Assembly: GCA_965601925.1 (NCBI GenBank)
Contig: OZ271854.1
Span: forward strand, 3,776,001-3,840,000
DNA: 64,000 nucleotides
Direction of reading: 5' to 3'
Source of the DNA: Alkalispirochaeta sp.
GTDB taxonomy: Bacteria; Spirochaetota; Spirochaetia; DSM-27196; Alkalispirochaetaceae
Part shown: piece by piece, positions 1 to 7,889 of the stretch
Layout: every line of letters starts with the position of its first letter
Numbering within the stretch: position 1 is the first letter of the stretch
Notes under the pieces: generated by a model
Told to the model about the DNA's origin: nothing
The model's input: the letters and a program-made list of their open reading frames with translations, nothing else
Database searches by the model: none
Program-made: the position numbers and the translations under genes

Positions 1-14
1 CACCGAACGCGACG

Positions 15-45
15 GTCCGGGAGCGCGCAATCGGCGCTCCCGGAC
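15..45. terminator. Perfect 12-bp GC-rich hairpin downstream of the minus-strand lipoprotein gene; probable terminator or mRNA stabiliser
   Basis: GTCCGGGAGCGC (15-26) pairs with GCGCTCCCGGAC (34-45), 7-nt loop; no clear U-tract. Confidence 0.55.
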
Positions 46-82
46 GTGTCGCGGCCGGCAGTCTGCTATTTGGGCGACGGAA

Positions 83-1285
83 CTACCACGATGCGGCAAC
101 TCGCGTGCTTGCCGAGTTGTACAGGTCGATGGGGAATACCCAGCCCAGCCCGATCGGAACCATGTTGATACCCACGCCTTGGTGCCAGGACCGAAAGACG
201 AGAACCGAACACACGAAGGCGCTGTTATTGATCGCAAATCCGTAAGGCTTACCAAGCTGAGCGCGCGCCCAGTTCGCCGCCCGAGTGTGATCCGTGCCGT
301 TCGCCTCCGTCCATACCTGTCTCCACGCGATCGGTATTCCGAGAAATCGCCTTGTGACGACGGACGTTACTCGACCGACTTTGAGGATATCCGCCTTTTG
401 CGGAGTATTTATCCAGAACTCAGCGGGTTCGTACTGCACGTTGTCGTTGGGCGGCCGATTGACACCGTTCACGATCGTGTAGCCCCACGGAGCCATCGAT
501 CCTACCCCCCACGCGGTGATGTTCAGAATGTTGTGATGTCCCGCCGGCGGTGAGCTCTCGCTCATGATACTCGCGTGCCCGAAGTCAAACCAAAATGCGG
601 CGAACGATGTCGGAACGGTACCGCTGCTTCCACTCCCGTGCCCCGGACGGTGCAGAATGATACGTCCCTGACGATGCGCTCCTCGTATGATGGAAAACTT
701 CTGCGCCTCCGAAAGCGCTGCAGTTTCCACAACAGAGGAGTGCTCGGCCTCGTATGCGGCCACGTACCGCTCGAGAGAGGGCATTCGCTCTTCCATTACC
801 GCGTGCATCTCCGCCACGGCTGCAGGATTCCGACTGTCGAATGCACGGTCGGGAGATCGACGGAAGAACTCTCTCATGCTGTCGTTACGCCACGCATAGT
901 ACGCCATGTCGCGTGGGGCCGTGCGTTCGCGTATGGTGTCAATCTGCAGATCGACCAGCGACTGCACCAGCGCCTGTTGCGACTCAACGGGAAGCTCGGC
1001 GAACACTAACGGATTGCCCTCTTCGTCCCGCAGATCCATATCGTGAAAACCCTCTGCAAAGGGATTATCCGCCGGTGCGGCACTCACGTGGAGTTCCCCC
1101 GAGGGATGCCCGTAGTAGACCAGCGAGTACAGATTTTCCCGATACGCTTCGAGCACCTCCTCGGAGTGCTGCACCTCAACATCGTCCGGGGACTCGTTCA
1201 GTAACCCCTGACATCCAGCCGTCGCGAGAACCAAGACCGCGATACCTAACGCGCGGACCACGCCTACGCTTTGTTTCTGAAACAT
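83..1285 (-). CDS. Lipoprotein with C-terminal permuted papain-like NlpC/P60 (YiiX/YebB-like) cysteine hydrolase domain
   Basis: Signal peptide with lipobox LATAG-C; His motif (FGHASI) precedes Cys motif (AQLGKPYGF...FVCSVLVFRSW...VFPIDL); GGAGG RBS upstream. Confidence 0.75.
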   Translation of the reverse strand: MFQKQSVGVVRALGIAVLVLATAGCQGLLNESPDDVEVQHSEEVLEAYRENLYSLVYYGHPSGELHVSAAPADNPFAEGFHDMDLRDEEGNPLVFAELPVESQQALVQSLVDLQIDTIRERTAPRDMAYYAWRNDSMREFFRRSPDRAFDSRNPAAVAEMHAVMEERMPSLERYVAAYEAEHSSVVETAALSEAQKFSIIRGAHRQGRIILHRPGHGSGSSGTVPTSFAAFWFDFGHASIMSESSPPAGHHNILNITAWGVGSMAPWGYTIVNGVNRPPNDNVQYEPAEFWINTPQKADILKVGRVTSVVTRRFLGIPIAWRQVWTEANGTDHTRAANWARAQLGKPYGFAINNSAFVCSVLVFRSWHQGVGINMVPIGLGWVFPIDLYNSASTRVAASW

Positions 1286-1712
1286 GAAAACAACCTCCTC
1301 CGTGTTTCATTTATGGTGTTCTTCAATAAATAATTGTATGAATACTCAATTTTTTTGCCATAGTTTTTTCAATAAAAAGCCATTTTTAATCTATTATTCA
1401 CTTCAATCACATATTTCAGGCTGTACGGTCTTTTTTTGGAAGAATGGCAGTTTTTCGTGATCGTTTTCTGATTGTGTTGGAGTGGTGCTCTTCAACGCCG
1501 TCTGATCGAACGACGGATGGTGCAACCGAAGCGCTCGGGTCGTGGCGTCGCCGATCCCGAACCGGAGCGTCCCCTCGGTTGATGTCGCTCCTCGCGGTCC
1601 TCCTGCCAAATCGACAAGATCCGACACCTGCCACAATCGAAGTGCTTTTTGTTGCAGTACGACCGCGTCGGGCGCAGCATGGTTGCAGAACATAAACGAG
1701 GAGGTCGTGAGA

Positions 1713-3116
1713 ATGGCTGCAACCGTTACGCAGGCGCGCATTCAGCGCTTCGGGCGCTATCTGAGCGGCATGGTTATGCCCAACATTGGGGCGTTTATCG
1801 CGTGGGGACTGATCACTGCGATGTTTATCCCTACCGGATGGATTCCTTCGGAACGACTATCCGCGTTGGTCGGTCCTATGATCCTATATCTGTTGCCCTT
1901 GTTAATAGGATTCACCGGCGGCCGCATCATGTGGAACATCCGCGGCGGTGTCGTCGGAGCGATTGCGACCATGGGGGTTATCGTCGGCGCCGATATTCCG
2001 ATGTTCATCGGTGCGATGATCATGGGCCCGCTTGGTGGGCTTGCGATCAAGAAGTTCGACGAGTGGGTCGAGCCCCATATTCCGGTGGGTTTTGAGATGC
2101 TGGTTAACAACTTCTCGGTAGGCATCATCGGTGGTTTGATTGCCGTACTGTCTCTGGTGACCGTCAATCCCGCCGTTCAGGCGCTGACGACGGCGTTGCA
2201 GACCGGAGTCGAGGCGATCGTGCGTATCGGTCTTCTGCCCGTCGCCTCCGTCCTTATCGAACCCGGGAAGATCCTCTTTCTCAATAACGCGATCAACCAC
2301 GGCATTCTCGGTCCTCTCGGCGCGGCGCAGGTTCAGGAGCTGGGCCAATCCATATACTTTCTTCTGGAGACCAATCCCGGGCCGGGACTCGGTATTCTAC
2401 TTGCGTACCTCGTCTTCTCCAAGGGAGCGATCAAAGACTCCTCAACCGGATCGATCATCATTCACTTCTTCGGCGGTATTCACGAGATTTACTTCCCCTA
2501 TGTGCTCATGAATCCCATATTGATTCTGGCGGTCATCGCCGGCGGCGCCTCGGGCGTGTTGGTGTTCGGAATTCTCGGCGCCGGCGCCGTTGCGACTCCG
2601 TCCCCAGGAAGTATCATCGCCCTCATGGCGGTGGCGCCGCGGGGAGGTCACGCGGCGATTCTCGCCGGTATCATCGTGTCGACGGCGGTGAGTTTTATCG
2701 TCGCCATGCCGTTTATCAGACGCTTTACGAAACAACAGGTCGACGGTGCAGAGACGCTGGAGCGCGCCAAGGAGCAAATGCGGGCGATCAAAGGTATGGG
2801 AACCGTCAAAAAGATCGTCTTCGCCTGTGACGCCGGCATGGGTTCCAGCGCCATGGGAGCCAACCGTCTCAAGAAGAAACTTCGAGCGGCGGGAGTCGAG
2901 GTCTCCGTCGAGCACTCCTCGGTCGACGAGGTGCCCGGAGACGCGCAATTGGTGATTTCGCATGTCAATCTCACCGACCGTGCCAAGGTCGCGGCTCCGC
3001 ACGCCCGGCACTTCAGCATCACCAATTTCGTAAACGCCCCGGAGTACGATGACATCGTGCGCGAACTGTCCGAAGGAAACGGAGCGAACCGGACCGAAAC
3101 CCATACGAGTGTATAA
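1713..3116 (+). CDS. mtlA: PTS mannitol-family EIICB component
   Basis: IQRFGRYLSGMVMPNIGAFIAWG, FLNNAINHG, ETNPGPGLG, HFFGGIHEIYFPY; EIIB motif FACDAGMGSSAMG; start moved to ATG 1713 after GAGGAGG RBS (ORF track start 1542). Confidence 0.93.
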   Translation: MAATVTQARIQRFGRYLSGMVMPNIGAFIAWGLITAMFIPTGWIPSERLSALVGPMILYLLPLLIGFTGGRIMWNIRGGVVGAIATMGVIVGADIPMFIGAMIMGPLGGLAIKKFDEWVEPHIPVGFEMLVNNFSVGIIGGLIAVLSLVTVNPAVQALTTALQTGVEAIVRIGLLPVASVLIEPGKILFLNNAINHGILGPLGAAQVQELGQSIYFLLETNPGPGLGILLAYLVFSKGAIKDSSTGSIIIHFFGGIHEIYFPYVLMNPILILAVIAGGASGVLVFGILGAGAVATPSPGSIIALMAVAPRGGHAAILAGIIVSTAVSFIVAMPFIRRFTKQQVDGAETLERAKEQMRAIKGMGTVKKIVFACDAGMGSSAMGANRLKKKLRAAGVEVSVEHSSVDEVPGDAQLVISHVNLTDRAKVAAPHARHFSITNFVNAPEYDDIVRELSEGNGANRTETHTSV

Positions 3117-3122
3117 GCGTGA

Positions 3123-3157
3123 GGCCGGTGGGCGCTGTGTCACAGCTCCTCCCGGCC
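3123..3157. other. Intercistronic imperfect hairpin between EIICB and EIIA genes
   Basis: GGCCGG/CCGGCC outer stem and GCTGT/ACAGC inner stem. Confidence 0.45.
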
Positions 3158-3191
3158 CTTTATCGTATCCCGTTAGAGTGTAAGGAAGACC

Positions 3192-3680
3192 ATGTCGAGT
3201 TTTGTTCAGCAAATACAGGAAAGCAACACGATCGCGGTGGACCGTCGGGCGGTCGACTGGGAAGAGGCGGTGCGCCTCGGCGGACGGCTCATGGTAGACG
3301 CCCAACTGGTAGAATCGCGCTACATTGACGCGATCGTACGAAATCACCGCGAAATCGGGCCGTACTTCATTATCGCGCCGGGTATCGCTATGCCCCACGC
3401 CAGGCCGGAAAACGGCGTCCTGTCCACCGGCTACGCTTTGGTGACCCTATCCGAACCGGTGGAGTTCGGCGATGAGGAGAACGATCCAGTGGATATCTTG
3501 ATCTTTGCCGGGGCGACCGACCGCGAAAGGCACAACCAAGAGGTCATACCGCAGATCGCAGAGTTGTGTGACAGCGAGGACGTCATCGACGCGTTACGAA
3601 ACGCCAGAGACGTTGCCGCGGTACGATCGATACTTACGGAATTTGAACGGGCGTTGGAAATGGGAGAGTCGGACCGGTGA
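3192..3680 (+). CDS. PTS EIIA component (mannitol/fructose family, CmtB/UlaC-like)
   Basis: DWEEAV...GPYFIIAPGIAMPHARPENG with the phosphorylatable His. Confidence 0.9.
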   Translation: MSSFVQQIQESNTIAVDRRAVDWEEAVRLGGRLMVDAQLVESRYIDAIVRNHREIGPYFIIAPGIAMPHARPENGVLSTGYALVTLSEPVEFGDEENDPVDILIFAGATDRERHNQEVIPQIAELCDSEDVIDALRNARDVAAVRSILTEFERALEMGESDR

Positions 3681-4948
3681 AAAGTATCGGCGCGCGACTC
3701 TACGGGAAGATGGACATTCGCGTCGAGGAGTTTGAGCTCCCGGCGATCGAAACCGACGAGATCCTGGTGCGAGTACACGCCGACAGCTTGTGTATGAGCA
3801 CGTTCAAGGCGGCAAAGCTCGGAGCGGACCACAAGCGGGTACCGGACGACGTCGCACAGCGACCGATTTTGGTCGGTCACGAGCTGGCCGGTGAGATCGT
3901 GGAGGTCGGGCACGCGTGGAAAGACCGATATGAGGCGGGGCAACGGTGTACCATACAGCCGGCGATCAACTATCGGGGCAGCATGGACTCGCCGGGGTAC
4001 TCGTATCAACACTGCGGCGGCGACGCCACCTACATCATTTTGCCGCGGGAGGTCATGGAAATGGACTGTCTGTTGACCCATTCCGTCTCGGACCATTTCC
4101 GGGCCGCCCTGGCGGAACCGTACTCTTGCGTGATCGGCGCCAGCCGCAGTCTATTTCGTACCGACCGGCGCAGCCACAACCATTACATGGGCATTCGCGC
4201 CGGCGGTACCATGGCCATCCTCGGCGGCGGGGGACCCATGGGACTTGCCGCGATCGACTACGCCCTGAGCGGCCCTCAACGGCCGGCGCGCCTTCTCGTC
4301 ACCGACGTCGATCAGGAGCGCCTGAGTCGGGCGCGACGTATCTTTCAACCTGTGGCCGCGGAACGCGAAATCGAGCTCTTTTTCTTCAATCCGGCCTCGT
4401 CCGACCACGCGGAACGGGATATGCAACGGATCGGTGGAACGGACGGCTACGACGATATCCTCGTGATGGTTCCCGTTGCAGAGGTGTTGGAGCAGGCAGA
4501 TCGACTGTTAGCGTTTAACGGATGTATCAACTTCTTCGCCGGGCCGACCGATCCGGCTTTCGTGGCGCGCATCAACTACTACGGCATACACTATCTCGAG
4601 CACCACGTCATCGGCACCACCGGGGGTACCGTGGACGATGAAAAAGAGGCGTTGGAGCTCCTGGAGCGCGGCCTTACACGTCCTCAGGCACTCGTGACCC
4701 ACATCGGGGGGCTCAACGCCGTACCGGATACCACGATGCGCTTAGCCGAGTTACCGGGCGCCAAAAAGCTGATGTACCCGGGTATCTATCTACCCCTCAT
4801 CGCTCTTGATGATCTGGAAGAAAGGGCTCGCGAGGACGAGTGGTATCGTCCGCTGGCAGATATCGTATCAAGCGCCGGTGGACTGTGGAGCGGCGACGCG
4901 GAGCGCTGGTTGCTGGAGCACGCGCCACGAATAGAGGACAGGGTCTGA
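3677..4948 (+). CDS. Zinc-binding medium-chain dehydrogenase, L-sorbose-1-phosphate reductase (SorE)/YggP-like
   Basis: SLCMSTFKA and GHELAG catalytic Zn motifs, LAEPYSC, Rossmann ILGGGGPMG, NFFAGPTD, THIGGL; GTG start overlaps EIIA stop. Confidence 0.85.
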   Translation: MKSIGARLYGKMDIRVEEFELPAIETDEILVRVHADSLCMSTFKAAKLGADHKRVPDDVAQRPILVGHELAGEIVEVGHAWKDRYEAGQRCTIQPAINYRGSMDSPGYSYQHCGGDATYIILPREVMEMDCLLTHSVSDHFRAALAEPYSCVIGASRSLFRTDRRSHNHYMGIRAGGTMAILGGGGPMGLAAIDYALSGPQRPARLLVTDVDQERLSRARRIFQPVAAEREIELFFFNPASSDHAERDMQRIGGTDGYDDILVMVPVAEVLEQADRLLAFNGCINFFAGPTDPAFVARINYYGIHYLEHHVIGTTGGTVDDEKEALELLERGLTRPQALVTHIGGLNAVPDTTMRLAELPGAKKLMYPGIYLPLIALDDLEERAREDEWYRPLADIVSSAGGLWSGDAERWLLEHAPRIEDRV

Positions 4949-4950
4949 TA

Positions 4951-5889
4951 ATGATTCTATGCGTGGGGCTGAGTCCCGCCCTTGGCCGCGTCGTTACACT
5001 TTCGCAGTTCGATCTCGGGGCGGTCAATCGAGCGACCGGATATCTGGAAGTCGCCGCGGGCAAGGCGTGCAACGCGGCACGCGTAGTAAGTCAGTTGGGG
5101 TACGAGGCGACCCTCGTCTCTCCGATCGGCGCCGAATCGTTAGCGCAGTACCGTAGCTTTGTAATGGAGGACGGGATACGGCTTCGTGCCGTGCCGTATC
5201 CCGGTAGGGTTCGCTGGGCGATCACTCTCGTAGATCCCAAACACGGCGCGACCGAGGTCGTGGTAGGAGAGCCGCAGACCGTGCCGAAGGAGGTCGTCGG
5301 AGAGCTCGTATCCGCCGTGGAGAACGAGATGTCGGGAGCGAGTGCGTGTCTTCTCGCCGGTAGCCGTCTTGCGGATATTCCGCGAGAGATCGTGCCCGTC
5401 GTAGCCCGGAGTGCGCAGGCTGCCGGTGTTCCCCTTTTTCTCGATATTCGAGGCGGAGATCTCGCGGCGGCCCTCGCTGCGATGACGCGCGAAACGGGTT
5501 CGGTAACCGTCAAAATCAATGAAGAGGAGTTTACGACCCTCGGAGCGGAAAACGGCACGTCGCACGCCCGCGGGGTACGCTCTCGGACGAGTCCGGCGTT
5601 CGACCTTTCCGAGTCGATATCGGCCTTTGCTCGGCATCACCGGTGCAATGTGGTGGTGACCCGTGGAGACCGTCCGGTGATTTACGCCGAGGCGAACGGC
5701 GACGGATACGCATACCCGGTACCGAAGGTCGAGGCGGTCAATCCGATAGGGAGCGGCGACACGTTTTTGGCCGCTCTGGCAGTTCGTCATGTAGAGAGGA
5801 ACTCATTAGAGAGCGCCGTTGCAGACGCGATCGAGCTCGCGAGCCGCAACGCAACGCTACTGCGGCCCGGGACGATACGGACTCACTAA
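4951..5889 (+). CDS. PfkB-family sugar-phosphate kinase, 1-phosphofructokinase/LacC-like
   Basis: N-terminal LSPAL...GAVNRA...AAGKACNAARV; KINEEE; C-terminal VNPIGSGDTFLA; start moved to ATG 4951. Confidence 0.85.
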   Translation: MILCVGLSPALGRVVTLSQFDLGAVNRATGYLEVAAGKACNAARVVSQLGYEATLVSPIGAESLAQYRSFVMEDGIRLRAVPYPGRVRWAITLVDPKHGATEVVVGEPQTVPKEVVGELVSAVENEMSGASACLLAGSRLADIPREIVPVVARSAQAAGVPLFLDIRGGDLAAALAAMTRETGSVTVKINEEEFTTLGAENGTSHARGVRSRTSPAFDLSESISAFARHHRCNVVVTRGDRPVIYAEANGDGYAYPVPKVEAVNPIGSGDTFLAALAVRHVERNSLESAVADAIELASRNATLLRPGTIRTH

Positions 5890-5913
5890 GCGGCCGTCAC
5901 TGAGGAGCGTGGT

Positions 5914-6162
5914 ATGGTGAAACGGACAATCGTAGTGCATAACAGCGAGGGACTTCACACGCGGCCGGCCAACCGGTTCGTGAGGCTCGCCAAGCAGCAC
6001 GACAGCGATGTCACCGTCGCCAAGAACGGCACAGAGGCGCCGGGGCGGAGTCTGCTCAAGATTATGAAGCTGGGGGTGGTACAGGGCGATACACTTGAGG
6101 TGCGATGCGACGGGCCGGACGAAGCGGCACTCCTTGCGGCGATCGAGGAGCTTCTGTCGTGA
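5914..6162 (+). CDS. ptsH: Phosphocarrier protein HPr
   Basis: GLHTRPA (His15 motif), RSLLKIMKLGV (Ser46 region), 82 aa. Confidence 0.93.
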   Translation: MVKRTIVVHNSEGLHTRPANRFVRLAKQHDSDVTVAKNGTEAPGRSLLKIMKLGVVQGDTLEVRCDGPDEAALLAAIEELLS

Positions 6163-7889
6163 TCCACGGAGTGGCCGCGTCAAAGGGGGTGGGTGTCGGC
6201 GCTGCATATCTCATACACGAGCCCGAGATCCCGACGGACCATATGACGCGACGTTCGCGGCACGGCGCATACGCCGATAGCGCGGCCGGTGAGATGGACC
6301 GTTTCTACCGGGGACGAGAGGTAGCGGTGGCCTACTATCGTGCCATCGTAGAGGTGGTGAAGACGCGCGCCGACGGCGACGAGGCGGAGATCTTCGAAGG
6401 ACATATTGAGATACTGTCCGACGATGAGCTACGGGATGCGGTCAGCCACGCGGTGCATCACACCGACGTCTCGGCGGAGCGGGCGGTCTTGAACTTTGCC
6501 GAGAAGACCGCAAAGGAGTTCGAGGAGCTCGACTCTGAGTATCTGCGTCAGCGCGGCAACGATATTCGTGACATCGGCAATCGCCTCGTGGAGGCGATGT
6601 ACTACGGATCGATCGCCGATCCGGGGCAAATTCCCGAACAGAGCGTCGTGGTGGCGATCGAGCTAACGCCGTCTGCGACGGCCCTCCTGGACGCATCACG
6701 GGTTGCAGCTATCGTCACCGAACGGGGAGGGCGCACCTCGCATGCGGCGATTCTGGCGCGTTCGCTCTCGATACCCTGCGTCACCGGCGCCGATAACGTC
6801 ATGAGGCGCGCTCGGCCCGGGGCGTGGATCGTGGTCGACGGCGGTGCGGGAACGGTTGTGTTCGACGCCGACGAGGCGACATGCGAACGCGCTCGCCGAC
6901 AACAGGACTCCGAGCGCGCGCAGCGAAAAAAGCAGGAACGGTGGGCTCGAGAGACGCCGGCGCGTCTCGCCGATGGACGGCCGATCCACCTGTCGGCCAA
7001 CGTCAACGGCGCGGCCGAGGCCCGTCGGGCCGTCGAGGTCGGAGCCCGCGGCTCAGGGCTCTTCAGAAGTGAGTTCTTTTTCACGCGATGCCCCGACTTT
7101 CCGAATCGGGATCAACAAGCCGCCGAGTATCGCGCGGTGTGCACGCTTCTTGCGCCCTATCCGGTGGTGGTCCGACTCTTAGATTGCGGAGCGGACAAAC
7201 CGCTCCCGTACGTCGACCGGCCGCCGGAGGACAATCCGTTTCTGGGAGAACGGGGAATACGATTCTTAGCCGCGCACCCCGATCGCCTTCGCGATCAAGT
7301 AGCCGCTATCGTGCGGGTGGCGTCGGAGGGGTACGCGATTCGACTGATGATTCCCATGGTGATCGATCGCGCGGAGATTGAGTCGGTACGGGCACTCGTT
7401 GATGACGAGCTCGCTCCCGGCGCCGCCGCCCCGCAGGTCGGCATCATGGTGGAGACGCCGGCGTCGGTGTTGCGTATCGCCGCACTTATCGAAGCGGTGG
7501 ATTTTATCAGCATCGGTACTAACGACCTCACGCAATACCTTTTGGCGGTGGATCGCGGCAACGCCGGGGTCGGACGCCTCTACGATGAGTTTCATCCATC
7601 GGTTATCACGGCGATCGACAGCGTTGCCTCAGCGTGTCGCGCCTCAGGCGTCCATGTGGCGGTCTGCGGCGATATGGCGAGCCACGCTGCGTCGGCTCTG
7701 GCGCTCCTCGCCCTCGGCGTCGACGAGTTAAGCGCCACCGGCTCGGCGATTTCCGACTTGAAGCGGCTGTTCTCCCGGGTTCGGAGCGACGATCTGCGCA
7801 AACTGGCGCGTCGTCTGAGAAACGCCGGGTCAGCCGCCGAGGCTCGGCGTGCGGCGGACGACCTCACCCGGAGTACTGAGGGGGTATGA
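6159..7889 (+). CDS. ptsI: PTS Enzyme I
   Basis: GGRTSHAAILARS phospho-His, GLFRSEF, EDNPFLGERGIR, SIGTNDLTQYLLAVDR, CGDMA; GTG at 6159 overlaps HPr stop. Confidence 0.93.
   Translation: MIHGVAASKGVGVGAAYLIHEPEIPTDHMTRRSRHGAYADSAAGEMDRFYRGREVAVAYYRAIVEVVKTRADGDEAEIFEGHIEILSDDELRDAVSHAVHHTDVSAERAVLNFAEKTAKEFEELDSEYLRQRGNDIRDIGNRLVEAMYYGSIADPGQIPEQSVVVAIELTPSATALLDASRVAAIVTERGGRTSHAAILARSLSIPCVTGADNVMRRARPGAWIVVDGGAGTVVFDADEATCERARRQQDSERAQRKKQERWARETPARLADGRPIHLSANVNGAAEARRAVEVGARGSGLFRSEFFFTRCPDFPNRDQQAAEYRAVCTLLAPYPVVVRLLDCGADKPLPYVDRPPEDNPFLGERGIRFLAAHPDRLRDQVAAIVRVASEGYAIRLMIPMVIDRAEIESVRALVDDELAPGAAAPQVGIMVETPASVLRIAALIEAVDFISIGTNDLTQYLLAVDRGNAGVGRLYDEFHPSVITAIDSVASACRASGVHVAVCGDMASHAASALALLALGVDELSATGSAISDLKRLFSRVRSDDLRKLARRLRNAGSAAEARRAADDLTRSTEGV

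Noticed and set aside
1403..1741. Short ORFs in the lipoprotein-mtlA intergenic region and the 57-codon extension of mtlA
   Set aside because: No RBS or protein-like features; the strong RBS supports ATG 1713
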